A stretch of 64,000 bases of DNA from an uncultured Alphaproteobacteria bacterium (GCA_963700795.1 CAVOYX010000006.1:391862-455861); one strand, 5' to 3'. Counted from the first letter of the stretch, positions 50,866 through 61,849 are shown. Program-made: numbers and translations. Notes: a model not told the origin generated them from the letters alone.

Positions 50866-52146
50866 TTAACTGATGCCCTGCGGGCGGCCTGCAGCTGCCA
50901 CGAGAAGTTTCTTGCCATCAAACAACCGTTTCGCCACGCGATGGGTATCTTCCAGCGTCACAGCTTCTATCAGGCCATTGCGTTCATCGAGAAACTCAAC
51001 CGGCCTGCCATCCATCTGCAAGCTCACAAGATTGCCTGCGATCTTGGTCGATGTATCGAAGCGAAGCGGATAGGAGCCAACGAGATATTTCTTGGCGCTG
51101 GCAAGTTCGGCCGGCGTGGGCCCATCGGCGGTGAGCTTGGCGATCTCGTCCTCGATCACCGAAATGGATTCGCCCGCGCGCTCATTCTTGGTCGATGTGC
51201 CACCGGAAAACAGTGCTGCACAATCGTATGTATGCAATCCCGACCAGACGGAATAGGCAAGACCGCGCTTTTCACGCACTTCCTTGAACAGGCGGGCAGA
51301 AAATACCCCGCCGCCCAGAATGTGATTGAGGACGATGGCGGGAATGAAATCATCATCCTCGCGCGCTATGCCGGGCAGCGAAAAGCGGATCGTCGTCTGC
51401 GGTACGTCCAGATCGATCACTTCGCGTTTGCCGCTTGCCGGCACAACAGGACCAATCGTTGCAAGGGACGACTTGGCCGGCAGGGCGCCGAACGTCTTGT
51501 CGATCAGGGTGGCGAGCAGCTTGGCGTCGATTGCACCCACTACGGCAATCTTCAATACGTCACGCGTCATCAGCGCCTTATGCGCCGCGACAATATCTTC
51601 GCGTGTGATTGCCTGAACCGATTCAATATCGCCGGAAACCGGGCGGCCATAGGGATGGTCACCGAATGTCGACTTGCGCCAGGCACGGCCGACCATCGCA
51701 TCGGGATCCTTTGCATCGCGCTTCAAACCGGCAACGATCTGCGAGCGCACGCGCTGAATGGCATCCGCATCGAAGCGTGGCCTGTTTACTGTCAGGGCGA
51801 GCAGGTCGAAGGCATCGTCTATATGGCGTGTCAGCGTTTTGAGATCGCCGCTGAATGCATCGTGTCCGGCGTGAAACGATATTTCCACGGCCTTGTCGTC
51901 CATGGCGCGGTGAAAAGCATCTGCGTTGAGATCGCCTGCACCTTCGTCCATGAGGCCGGACAGCATGTTCGCGACCCCGGCCTTGCCGCCGGGATCATGG
52001 GCAGCGCCTGCCTTGAAGGCAAAATCGAAGGCAACCAGTGGAACCGTATAATCCTCGACGAGCCAGGCTTCGATACCTGCAGGGGTAATTACTTTCTGCA
52101 CCCGTGATGCGCGCGAGACTTCCGATTCCTGCTTCAATGCAGACAT
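50866..52146 (-). CDS. M16 (pitrilysin) peptidase, non-catalytic subunit
   Basis: GIEAWLVED..VP, DEGAG, HPYGRP, ILGGG.FS.RLF.EVREKRGLAYS; no HxxEH motif. Confidence 0.92.
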   Translation of the reverse strand: MSALKQESEVSRASRVQKVITPAGIEAWLVEDYTVPLVAFDFAFKAGAAHDPGGKAGVANMLSGLMDEGAGDLNADAFHRAMDDKAVEISFHAGHDAFSGDLKTLTRHIDDAFDLLALTVNRPRFDADAIQRVRSQIVAGLKRDAKDPDAMVGRAWRKSTFGDHPYGRPVSGDIESVQAITREDIVAAHKALMTRDVLKIAVVGAIDAKLLATLIDKTFGALPAKSSLATIGPVVPASGKREVIDLDVPQTTIRFSLPGIAREDDDFIPAIVLNHILGGGVFSARLFKEVREKRGLAYSVWSGLHTYDCAALFSGGTSTKNERAGESISVIEDEIAKLTADGPTPAELASAKKYLVGSYPLRFDTSTKIAGNLVSLQMDGRPVEFLDERNGLIEAVTLEDTHRVAKRLFDGKKLLVAAAGRPQGIS

Positions 52147-52178
52147 ATTATCTTCCATTCCTTTGAACGTTATCTCGA

Positions 52179-53564
52179 TCAGGCCTGTGCCGCAGGTATT
52201 TCCTGCCCGGTAACATCTCCAGCGGGCAGCAGATAGCCAGTGACAGACCTGCGCCGTTGCAGCCATTTTTCCGCGACCGCGCGCACAGCTTCGCCTGTCA
52301 CCGCATCGATACGATCAGGCCATTGGCGCACATCGTCGATGCTCATTCCGGTCGTAACCGACATGCCGTACATGCGCGCGAGATGAGTTTGGCTGTCCTG
52401 CGCATACACGGCATCGGCAATCAGGCGTGTCTTTGCACGTGCAAGCACATCCGGCTCGATGCCCTTGCGAACAACATCGGCGATAACATCCAGTACCGCG
52501 TCTTCAAGGTCTTCCAGTTCAACTTCCGGTGCGGGCATGGCGTAGACATAAAAGCGCGTCGCATCGAGTGATTGACCCATGTAATACGAGCCGGCAGCAA
52601 CCGCCTTCTGGCTATCAACGACAAGGCTCTTGTAGAGTGCGCTTGTGGGACCGCCGCCCAGGATGTGCCCAAGCAATTCGAGCGCCTCGGCTTCGCCTGG
52701 CTCCGCCGTCGCATAAGAGGGGACGAGATAGATAACCTGTGCAACAGGCTGCTCGACCTTTTCATCCTCAAGCGAAACCAGCCGGTGCGCACGCGGCTCA
52801 GGTTCCTGCGGCCGGATACGCCGTGGAGCTTCCCCGCGCGGGCTGATCTTGCCGTAGGTCTCTTTCGTCAATGCGAGCACATCTTCTGCTTCGACGTCGC
52901 CAGCGACAATCAGAATTGCATTCTCGGGCGTATAGAAGCGCTGATAATAGGCCAGCGCATCTTCTCGGCTAAGACTTTCGATCTCATGGTTCCAGCCGAT
53001 GATCGGCTTGCCATAGGGATGATGGGCGTAGAGCGCTGCCTGAACGGCTTCGCTCAATTGCTGGGATGGGTCGTTGTCGGTGCGCATGCGGCGTTCTTCA
53101 AGAACGACGTCGCGCTCTGGCGCAACCACTTCATCGGTCAGGACCAGATTGGTCATGCGGTCGGATTCGAATTCCATCATCACGCGCAAATGCTCTTTCG
53201 GCACGCGCTGGTAATAGGCCGTGAAGTCATAGGAGGTGAAGGCATTTTCCTGACCGCCCAGTTCGGCGACGATGTCGGAGAACTCACCCTTTGGATGGAT
53301 CTTGGTGCCCTTGAACATGAGATGTTCAAGAAAATGCGCGATGCCAGATTTACATACCGGATCATCAGCAGAGCCATTGCGATACCAGATCATATGCGTA
53401 ACGACCGGCGCGCGCCTGTCGGGAATGACCACCAGTTCCAGCCCGTTGTCCAGTTTGAACTGGGACATGTCCGGGCCATTGCCGGCAGCGCCATCGCTGC
53501 CGGGAGAAGGTGTCAGGCCGGACGTTGCGGGGCGGGAGTTTGCTGAAGCATTCGTGCTTGTCAT
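52179..53564 (-). CDS. M16 (pitrilysin) peptidase, catalytic subunit
   Basis: LDNGL, PD.RAPVVTHMIWY, GIAHFLEHLMFKGT (HxxEH), NAFTSYD.T.Y, E.DRM, YTPENA. Confidence 0.94.
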   Translation of the reverse strand: MTSTNASANSRPATSGLTPSPGSDGAAGNGPDMSQFKLDNGLELVVIPDRRAPVVTHMIWYRNGSADDPVCKSGIAHFLEHLMFKGTKIHPKGEFSDIVAELGGQENAFTSYDFTAYYQRVPKEHLRVMMEFESDRMTNLVLTDEVVAPERDVVLEERRMRTDNDPSQQLSEAVQAALYAHHPYGKPIIGWNHEIESLSREDALAYYQRFYTPENAILIVAGDVEAEDVLALTKETYGKISPRGEAPRRIRPQEPEPRAHRLVSLEDEKVEQPVAQVIYLVPSYATAEPGEAEALELLGHILGGGPTSALYKSLVVDSQKAVAAGSYYMGQSLDATRFYVYAMPAPEVELEDLEDAVLDVIADVVRKGIEPDVLARAKTRLIADAVYAQDSQTHLARMYGMSVTTGMSIDDVRQWPDRIDAVTGEAVRAVAEKWLQRRRSVTGYLLPAGDVTGQEIPAAQA

Positions 53565-53690
53565 GAGACCATCCGTGGGGGCGAAGCCTGCAGGCGTTTG
53601 CCCTGCAGCCAAAAGATCAATTCCAGCGAATATAGGTATCCTCGCTGCACAAGTCATGCCCCCGCTCGTAAAAAGCACGGCAACACGGGC

Positions 53691-53721
53691 AATAAAAAAG
53701 CCGCGCAGTTACCGCGCGGCT
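53691..53721 (-). terminator. Intrinsic terminator after the 53744-54442 gene
   Basis: Minus strand AGCCGCGC-ggtaact-GCGCGGCT-TTTTTATT. Confidence 0.8.
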
Positions 53722-53743
53722 CTTGATCCCTATGCCGGGACTG

Positions 53744-54442
53744 TTAACGAAACTCGCGATCGCGCTTGGCTTCTTCGCGAATGGCTTCGCGCGGATCTGG
53801 TGCAATCGGCGTGTCCTTGACCGGTTCGAAGGTGTATTTCGCACGCTTGTTCGGCATCCGAAGGCCGACCGGCGGATCGGTCAAGGCAGTACGAGGCGGT
53901 TCCTGTCCAGGAACCAGATCCTTGCTTCCTGAGCCAGTGAGACGGTTGTTTTTCAAAACATCCCACATCCCCTTCACGTTACATGGCCGAGCCAGCGGAT
54001 CGCTCATGTCACATGCTTCCGCGACTGGATCGCGAGGGGGGTTACTCGACAATCGACCGGTGTTGCGCAGATATTGCGGCGAAAGTATTTCGTTGCCAGC
54101 ATCGTCGCGTAAAACGGTTCCAGCCGGGCGGGCTGCACGGCGCGCCTTCTGCACATCATGATCGACCGGCCATGCGGCATTGCGCTGGCGCACGGGAGGC
54201 AGCGGCGTCCGCAGGTTGCTGCTGGGCGGCAGAACCAGTGGTGCACGTTCACGGTAATTGATAGCCGGTTTTTCCTGGTTCGGGGTTAGTCCAGGAATAC
54301 CGATGCTCGTTGTCAGCAATCCACTGAAGGTACCGAATATGCTTTGATGCCCATCATCATCGAGCGCCAGCGCCGGTACGGCGGCTAGCCCGAGAAGCGC
54401 GCTCGCGCCGACGGCAACAAGCCAGTTTCCGCGTGCAATCAT
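53744..54442 (-). CDS. Conserved secreted hypothetical protein
   Basis: Signal peptide; INYRERAPLVLPP, WP.D.D, EPPR..LTDPP.G.R.P. Confidence 0.75.
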   Translation of the reverse strand: MIARGNWLVAVGASALLGLAAVPALALDDDGHQSIFGTFSGLLTTSIGIPGLTPNQEKPAINYRERAPLVLPPSSNLRTPLPPVRQRNAAWPVDHDVQKARRAARPAGTVLRDDAGNEILSPQYLRNTGRLSSNPPRDPVAEACDMSDPLARPCNVKGMWDVLKNNRLTGSGSKDLVPGQEPPRTALTDPPVGLRMPNKRAKYTFEPVKDTPIAPDPREAIREEAKRDREFR

Positions 54443-54504
54443 GTGCCCTGAACCTCTGTCTGGCCCCGAATCCGGGGTAATCCGCAGTCTTTCGCCTCAA
54501 AATC

Positions 54505-55050
54505 CTAGGTGCCGGAATTTTCAGGCGATTTGGTGGCAGCGTCCGGATTTTCCCCGGTCACGTCTGTTTTTACGAAGATGGACTCATACAACAGTAGGCC
54601 CACCCCGGCAACAATTGCGACATCGGCAACATTAAAGACATACCAGGACAGGCGGCCCCACCGCTCCGTATCAGCAAACAGGTGGAAAAAGTCGGCTACC
54701 GCGCCATAAACCACCCGGTCGGCGAGATTTCCCAGAGCCCCGCCAGCGATCAATCCAAAGCCAAGTCCAAGTAAATAATTGCCCGCCCGCCACATGAGAT
54801 AGAGCAGGACCGCTATGGCGAGCGCGGTAAAGCCGATCAGCGCCCACCGCCCGGCCGGGGTGTTTGCGCGCAGCAGCGAGTAGGAAATCCCGGGATTCCA
54901 GACCAGCACCAGATCCAGAAATCCGGTGACATGCACAGGCTGATAGCTGCGAATATCGTAGATATGCAGCATCCAGTACTTGTGCACCTGATCGGCGACA
55001 GCGGCGGCGAGCACTGCCCAAAGTCCGGCTGCGCGCGGGCTCAGGGCCAT
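54505..55050 (-). CDS. lspA: Lipoprotein signal peptidase II
   Basis: [42 protein letters not shown]; overlaps the ileS stop. Confidence 0.96.
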   Translation of the reverse strand: MALSPRAAGLWAVLAAAVADQVHKYWMLHIYDIRSYQPVHVTGFLDLVLVWNPGISYSLLRANTPAGRWALIGFTALAIAVLLYLMWRAGNYLLGLGFGLIAGGALGNLADRVVYGAVADFFHLFADTERWGRLSWYVFNVADVAIVAGVGLLLYESIFVKTDVTGENPDAATKSPENSGT

Positions 55051-58031
55051 TGGCCCGCGGCCTTGAGTTCCCGCAGTGCGCCAGCATCGCGGGGTGTGAC
55101 GCCGGGATAATCCGGATCTGCAGTTGCCGGATCGAAATACCGCCAGGATCGCTCGCATTTGATACCGGGCGCACGGTGCGGGGTCACAGCGACGCCGCGA
55201 ACCTCGGCCATCCGGAATGCATCCTGCGGACCTTCGCCGGCCTCGATCGCGATGCCCGATGTGATGCAAACTTCAGCAAAATCCACGCTTTGGCAAAGAG
55301 CGCGCAAGTCCTCGTCAGCGATATGCACCAACGGTGCTGCCTCGAGAGAGGAGCCCATGCGCTTTTGCGCACGTTCGATCTCAAGCGCGCCGGTGACGAC
55401 AGAGCGTACCCGGCGAATCTTTTCCCACTTTGCGGCCAGCTCTGCGTCACGCCAGTTCGTCGGGAACCTCGGCAAATGTTTCCAGATGCACGGAAACGGC
55501 GCTCGGGATAGCGGGCGAGCCAGCTCTCCTCCGAGGTGAACGCAAGAATTGGTGCAAGCCAGAGATTGGTGAACCGGAAAATGTGTTCGATTGTCTGCAA
55601 CGCACCCAGGCGCTTTTGCGCTCGACAAGGCGGCTCGCAATACAAGCGCGTCCTTGCGGATGTCGAAATAGAACGCCGACAGGTCTGTGTTCATGAAAGC
55701 CGAAACGCGCGCGATGACCCGCTTGTAGTCGAAGTTTGCGTAAGCCCGGCGCACTTCATCGTCGAGTTCGGCAAGCCGGTGCAGCATCAGGCGTTCCAGC
55801 TCGTCGAGATCATCGTGAGCAATTTTCTGCGATGCATCGTAATGGGCGAGTGTGCCGAGCATCCAGCGCGTTGTGTTACGCAATTTGCGATAGGTCTCGA
55901 TAAACGTCTTGAGGATTTCGTTGCCGATCCGCAGATCGTCGGAATAATCGGAAGCTGCCACCCACAGGCGCAGGATATCGGCTCCGGAATCCTTGATAAC
56001 AGTTTGCGGGGCGACGACATTGCCCAGAGACTTCGACATTTTCTGGCCTTTCTCGTCGAGCACAAAGCCGTGCGTCAGCACCACGTCATATGGCGCGCGG
56101 CCGCGCGTGCCGCAGCTTTCGATCAGCGAGGAATGGAACCAGCCGCGATGCTGGTCCGAGCCTTCCAGATACATCACTTCGTCGCGGCCACCATCGCGAA
56201 TGCGATTGATGCCGGCAAGGCCGGGGAAATGTACCGGATCTTCCAGCGTGAATGCATGCGTGGAACCGGAATCAAACCAGACGTCGAGCACATCGCCGAC
56301 CTTGTCGTACTGGTCGGGATCATGGTCGTTGCCGAGGAAACGTGACTTGGCATCTTCTGCATACCAGCAGTCAGCGCCTTCGTTTTCGAAGGCCTCTGCG
56401 ATGCGGGCGTTGACGGCCGGGTCGCGCAGGATTTCGTTGGTTTGCCTTTTTGACGAAAACGCAGATCGGCACGCCCCAGGCGCGCTGGCGCGAAACCACC
56501 CAGTCGGGCTTGGCCTCGATCATCCCGGTGATGCGGTTCTGGCCGGATGCGGGCACCCAGCGGGTTTCGGTGATGGCCTTGAAGGAGAGATCGCGCAGGG
56601 TCGAAGGCGCATCGTCGAACGGCTGGTCCATGGCGATGAACCATTGCGGCGTATTGCGAAAGATGACCGGTTTCTTGGAGCGCCATGAATGGGGGTATTG
56701 ATGCTTTAGCCGTCCACGGGCGACAAGATTGCCCGCTGCCATCAGCGCCTCTATTACCGCCTTGTTGGCATCACCGCTCTTGCCCTTGTCATCGATGACA
56801 CGCTTGCCTTCAAAGCCCGGCGCATCCTTCGTGTAGGAACCGTCGGCTTCGACCGTATAGGGAATCGTTGTGTCAATGCCGCGTTCGCGCAGCAAGCGAC
56901 CGCTCGCCATCCAGATTTCAAAGTCGTCGCGGCCGTGACCGGGCGCAGTATGGACGAAGCCCGTGCCGGTATCGTCGGTGACATGATCGCCATCGAGCAG
57001 CGGCACGTCGAAAGTCGTAGCCCATGGATGCAAGCGGATGCGCGCAGGTGATGCCTGCCAGCTCGTCCGCGCTCAAGGCCCGGACTTTTTCGAACGCCTC
57101 GACCCGCGCCGCCTTGAAAGTCGCTTCGGCGAGCGCATCGGCCAGAACGTACGCTGCGCCTTTCTTTGCCCAATTGTCGTCAGCAGCTTCCGTGACGCGA
57201 TACAGTCCGTATTCGATCTTGCGCGAATAGGAGATCGCGCGGTTGCCGGGAATTGTCCAAGGCGTTGTGGTCCAGATAACAACCGACGCTGTCTTCAGGT
57301 CGGCAGAACCCGTACCCCTAACCGGAAACGCCACGTGCACCGTGTCGGACGTGTGATCTTCGTATTCGACTTCCGCCTCGGCCAGCGCGGTCTGTTCGAC
57401 AACAGACCACATCACCGGTTTGGAGCCGCGATAGAGCAAACCGTTCTCGGCAAACTTCATGATCTCGCGGGCGATTTGCGCCTCGGCGGGATAGGTCATG
57501 GTGAGGTAGGGATTTTTCCAGTCACCGGTGACGCCAAGGCGGATGAATTCCTCGCGCTGCACATCGACCCAGTGATCGGCATAGGCGCGGCATTCCTGCC
57601 GGAAGGCGATCATTGCATCGCTGTCGGTCAGGTCCGGCTTCTGCTTGCCCTTGGAGCGGTAATTGTCTTCCTCGATTTTCCATTCGATCGGCAGGCCGTG
57701 ACAATCCCAGCCCGGCACATAATTGGAATCCTTGCCGAGCATTTGCTGCGAGCGGGTGACGATGTCTTTCAGGATCTTGTTCAGCGCGTGGCCGATGTGA
57801 ATATTGCCATTTGCATAGGGAGGGCCGTCATGCAGGACGAATTTCGGCCTGCCCTTGCCCTTGCGCGCGCAACTTTCCATAGAGATCGATCTCCTGCCAG
57901 CGGGCCAGGATTTCCGGCTCCTTCTTCGGCAGACCGGCGCGCATGGGAAAATCGGTCTTGGGCAGGAACAGGCTGCGGGAATAATCCGGCGCGCCATTGC
58001 CGCCGTCATTTTTGGGGGTGTCAGTCATCAT
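55041..58031 (-). CDS. ileS: Isoleucine--tRNA ligase, broken by several frameshifts
   Basis: [13 protein letters not shown]; [16 protein letters not shown]; [10 protein letters not shown]; IWTTTPWT; [12 protein letters not shown]; YPHSWRSK; SRQRAWGVP; DVWFDSG; [10 protein letters not shown]; KMSKSLGN, spread over six ORFs. Confidence 0.97.
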
Positions 58032-58149
58032 ACGCCATTTCAGGATCGCCCGGCGCGTCGCCACCCGCATCGTGGGAGCCGGCCGGACCAAATTTCAAAT
58101 CAGGGGTGGAATAGACAATTTCGCGGCAAAACGCCAACGTCCCGGCGCG

Positions 58150-58203
58150 TCAGTAACGGGCCGGGCAGATAATTCGGAAAATGATCTGGCGATGACAATC
58201 CAT
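58150..58203 (-). promoter_or_regulatory. Putative ileS leader peptide MDCHRQIIFRIICPARY* (attenuator uORF)
   Basis: ATG GAT TGT CAT CGC CAG ATC ATT TTC CGA ATT ATC TGC CCG GCC CGT TAC TGA: two Ile-Ile pairs, ending about 120 nt upstream of ileS and overlapping a CCCGGC...GCCGGG hairpin. Confidence 0.7.
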
Positions 58204-58260
58204 GTTCCACGCATACCATTGCGAAGCGATCAAAGAGAACCGGAAACCATCCCGACCGGC

Positions 58261-59242
58261 CTAGCGCGCCAGAATCGCCCGCGCTTCGGCCTCGTCCTGC
58301 CGGATACGCGCGACCATGGTATCGAGATCGGCAAATTTCTCTTCGCCCCTGATCCATTCGACGAATCCGACTTCAAGTGTCTTGCCGTAAAGATCGCCTT
58401 CGAAATCGAACAGGAAAATCTCCAAAAGCGGTGCGCCATTGTCCACGGTCGGGCGGCGGCCCCAGCTCGCGACCCCGTCAATGGTCTGGTCATCGACATT
58501 CCACCCGCACTGCGTAAATACCATGCCGCAGCTTGTTCGAAGGGTCGAGCTGCAGGTTTGCGGTCGGGAAACCAAGGGTCCGGCCCAGTTTCTGGCCATG
58601 AATGACCTGTCCGACCACGAAATATTTATGGCCCAGCAAACGCCGCGCATGTGACACATCCCCGGCTTCAAGGGCCTGCCGGGTTGCGCCCGAATGCACG
58701 GCTTCCAGACTGCCATGGCGGTCGGCGACGATCTTCTCAATCACCGCGACCTCAAAGCCGTAACGGTTGCCCGCTTCGCGCAGGAAATCGGGAGAACCAG
58801 CGCGCGCCTTGCCGAAATGAAAGTCGTATCCGACGACAGCGGCTGCAATATCCAAACGCCCCACCAGAATTTCGGCGACGAATTTTTCGGCCTCAAGGGC
58901 CGCCAGTTCCCTGGAGAATGACAGGACAATCAGGCCATCCAGACCTATCCGCTGCATGACCAGGGCCTTTTCCGGCTCGGGCGTCAGGCGGAAAACAACG
59001 GTCCTGCCAGCGAAAAAGTCTGCCGGATGAGGCTCGAATGTGAGCACGGCGCAGGGCCTGCCCATGCGCTGCGCCAGCTCCCTCGCCTTGCCTATCACGG
59101 CAGAATGGCCACGATGCACGCCATCGAAATTTCCCAGCGCCACCACGGGCCTGGCCAGTTCCGGCGGCAGGCTGGCGGGATCGCGCAGCACTGCGAACGG
59201 CTTTGCCGCATTTTTCCCGTCTGTTGGCTTAAGGGTCATCAT
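58261..59242 (-). CDS. ribF: Bifunctional riboflavin kinase / FAD synthetase (frameshift near 58501)
   Basis: GNFDGVHRGH, TFEPHP, GYDFHFG, GRTLGFPTAN, GIYAV; then GRRPTVD..LLE..LFDFEGDLYG..IRGEEKF in the next frame. Confidence 0.96.
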
Positions 59243-59380
59243 GTCTTCCGGTTCGTCCCGCGCCCCTGTCCGGTGGCAGCGGGCGGAAACTGCATGGCAG
59301 GCCACGGGGCGTCAAGTTCATAACATTCGGGTTTGACCGAACGCATGGCCCGCCGGGCAGTTTGCCGCCAGAATTCAAAT

Positions 59381-60232
59381 ATGAAACAGAATCTATCGGC
59401 TCTGGAGCTCACCAGACAGGAATATGCACGGGACGTTGCCGCCAATAGCGGTTGTGCGGGGGGCCCGGTTGAAGCGGCATTTGCGGAAATACCGCGGGAA
59501 AACTTTCTCCCGGATCCACCCTGGGACATTTTCGGCGGCTGCGTCGGCGCGACGCTGACGAGTTCCGAGCCGGAAGCGCTTTATTGCGACGGACTTGTCG
59601 CCATCGACAACGCCAAGGGCATAAACAACGGGCAGCCCAGCCTGCATGCCAAATGGATTTGCGCCGCCGACCCCATCCCGGGTGACATCGTCGTACATGT
59701 GGGATGCGGCGGCGGCTATTACAGCGCCATCCTCGCCTCGCTCGTCGGGCACAATGGCCATGTCCACGCGTATGAAATCGACCCGGACGTGGCACGATTG
59801 GCCGCGCGCTGTCTGGTCGTCTATCCGAACATAACCCTGCACAGGGTGAGCGGGGCCAGCAGCGAGCTTCCAGCAGCCGATGTCATTTATGTCAACGCCG
59901 CGGCAAGCGCCCCGCAGGCCAGCTGGCTTTCAGCACTACGGCCCGGTGGCAGGCTGATCTTTCCCTGGTCCTTTCGCGAAAGCGGAACGGCAACCGTTCT
60001 GATTACCCGCAGTAACGATCCGGAATCGGCAGTCTTCGCCGCGCGCATGATCGGGCGGGTTTCATTCATCGCGCTGGAGGACGAACAGGAGCACCGGGAC
60101 AAACCGGTCGATGCGCAGGCTGTTTTGGAAATTCGCTCGCTGCAAACGACTGCCGCCCGAAAACCCGATGGCACATCCATTGCGGTATTTCCCGGCCATT
60201 GGTTCTCCTCGCGCGCAGTGGATCGCGAATAA
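59381..60232 (+). CDS. Protein-L-isoaspartate O-methyltransferase (Pcm)-like SAM methyltransferase
   Basis: AF..IPRENFL, INNGQPSLHA, HVGCGGGYYSAILA.LVG, YEID, LRPGGRLIFP. Confidence 0.88.
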   Translation: MKQNLSALELTRQEYARDVAANSGCAGGPVEAAFAEIPRENFLPDPPWDIFGGCVGATLTSSEPEALYCDGLVAIDNAKGINNGQPSLHAKWICAADPIPGDIVVHVGCGGGYYSAILASLVGHNGHVHAYEIDPDVARLAARCLVVYPNITLHRVSGASSELPAADVIYVNAAASAPQASWLSALRPGGRLIFPWSFRESGTATVLITRSNDPESAVFAARMIGRVSFIALEDEQEHRDKPVDAQAVLEIRSLQTTAARKPDGTSIAVFPGHWFSSRAVDRE

Positions 60233-60244
60233 GTATTCCTTAAC
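60229..60244 (+). promoter_or_regulatory. CtrA-like box upstream of the CheY-like gene
   Basis: ATAA-GTATTCC-TTAAC (1 mismatch) plus a second TTAAC half-site at 60289-60293. Confidence 0.55.
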
Positions 60245-60373
60245 CACGAGTATCAAATCCAATTTTCGCTAAATTTGAACAAATCGTCTTAACCCGGCTC
60301 CAACATCCCTCTGATATTGAAAGTCGTGGGAATTGATTGCGCATTTGTGCGTGTTTTGTTTTGGGAGACAATT

Positions 60374-60769
60374 ATGAGCCTCGACCCTAATGCATCCATC
60401 CTCGTCGTCGACGACTACAAGACGATGGTGAAGATCGTGCGCCACCTGTTGGGCCAGCTCGGATACAAGAATGTTGACGATGCCGCCAACGGTGCTGAAG
60501 CCTTCGAGAAACTGCAGGCAAAGAAATACGATCTGGTTATCTCGGACTGGAACATGGAACCGATGACCGGCTTTGAACTGTTGCAGCGCGTTCGCTCGGC
60601 CGGTGACAATGCCAATGTGCCCTTCATCATGGTGACGGCAGAATCCAAACCGGAAAACATTGTCGCCGCGCGCAAGGCCGGCGTGAACAATTATCTGGTG
60701 AAGCCATTCAACCAGCAATCGCTGAAAGCAAAGATCGATCAGGTTTTTGCTTCGGCAGCAGCGGCCTGA
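60374..60769 (+). CDS. cheY: Single-domain CheY-like response regulator
   Basis: ILVVDDY.TM..IV..LL.QLG, LVISDWNMEPMTG.ELL, FIMVTAE, GVNNY.VKPF; GGGAGA RBS. Confidence 0.9.
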   Translation: MSLDPNASILVVDDYKTMVKIVRHLLGQLGYKNVDDAANGAEAFEKLQAKKYDLVISDWNMEPMTGFELLQRVRSAGDNANVPFIMVTAESKPENIVAARKAGVNNYLVKPFNQQSLKAKIDQVFASAAAA

Positions 60770-60772
60770 CAG

Positions 60773-61696
60773 CTACCAGGCCAGCCGCTCCATCGCAGCA
60801 AGCGGGGACAAGCCCGCGTCCGCTGCAAGCGATTGCAAAACATCCTTTCGCAAACCGCCCGGCGCCCCATCAGGCCCGGGCGGATGCAATTGGGCCTTGT
60901 GAATTCCGCTTGTGATAAACACCGCGTCCAGTCCGCGTCCCATTGCACCGGCAATGTCCGTGCGCATGCCATCGCCAATGGTCAACACACGTGCGGGCGC
61001 AACGGGTGCGCCGTGATGGTGTTGAGCAAGTTCCAGCGCGCGGTCATAAATCGGCGCAAAGGGTTTGCCAGCCTGAATAACTGCGCCGCCCATCTTTTCG
61101 TACACTTCGGCCAATGCGCCCGAGCAATACAACTCGCGATCCCCGACATGCACAACGATATCCGGATTGGCTGATATCATCGTCAGTCCCCGCTCGGCCA
61201 TGATGTCGAAGTCTGCCTGATAATCGGCCGGGCTGTGATCGTCGTCGAACAAGCCGGTGCAGACCACATAATCGGCGTGTTTCAAATCCACACGCGGCGG
61301 GTTCAACCCGGTTTGCTCCTTGAGAATGTCAAACAAGGCCAGATCGCGCGGCGGGCCTATATGATAGAGCGGAGCAAGGCCCCGCGCCGCAATATGCGCC
61401 AGCGTGACGTCGCCAGAGGTTACGACCGCATCAAACGTGCCATCGGGTACGCCAAGCCCCTTGAGCTGCTCCAGCACCGGCGGAAACGGTCGCGGCGCAT
61501 TGGTAATCAGGATCACCGTGCCGCCATTGTCGCGGAACTGACGCAAAGCGGAACAGGCCGCCGCAAAGTGCTCGCGGCCATTGTGCACAACGCCCCAAAT
61601 GTCGGACAGAAGAACGTCATAACCGGCCGCAAGGGAAGCAATGCTTTCGATGACCGGAATTGGTGGCGCGGGCGCGCGTGAAGAAGTTGCATTCAT
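60773..61696 (-). CDS. HAD-superfamily IIA hydrolase (TIGR01459-like)
   Basis: SDIWGVVHNG, ITNAPRP, TSGD, ANPD, GKP..PIY, IGDG..TDI.GA. Confidence 0.92.
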   Translation of the reverse strand: MNATSSRAPAPPIPVIESIASLAAGYDVLLSDIWGVVHNGREHFAAACSALRQFRDNGGTVILITNAPRPFPPVLEQLKGLGVPDGTFDAVVTSGDVTLAHIAARGLAPLYHIGPPRDLALFDILKEQTGLNPPRVDLKHADYVVCTGLFDDDHSPADYQADFDIMAERGLTMISANPDIVVHVGDRELYCSGALAEVYEKMGGAVIQAGKPFAPIYDRALELAQHHHGAPVAPARVLTIGDGMRTDIAGAMGRGLDAVFITSGIHKAQLHPPGPDGAPGGLRKDVLQSLAADAGLSPLAAMERLAW

Positions 61697-61849
61697 GGTC
61701 TAGGCGCTAAAGCCGAACGCGCTTTGCGTCAAGCTTTACGAGCCAGCGTCACCTTGCGTCTCCGCGCCATATTGCAAGGCCCGGGCGAATTGCCTACAAA
61801 TTGCAATCGTTAGAAAAAATCCATTGCCCCTGCGGTTCCGGAGTGTTCC

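Noticed and set aside
53630-53653. RpoH-like promoter CTTGTG...CCTATAT upstream of the M16 peptidase
   Set aside because: The spacer is only 11 nt, shorter than expected for RpoH promoters.
58032-58260. T-box or other riboswitch upstream of ileS
   Set aside because: No T-box motif (AGGGTGGNACCGCG) or specifier stem is visible on the ileS strand; the leader peptide explains the region better.
55041-59242. ileS and ribF as pseudogenes or programmed frameshift sites
   Set aside because: These are normally essential genes with intact motifs; the breaks are scattered single-base indels without evident slippery sites, so sequencing error is more parsimonious.
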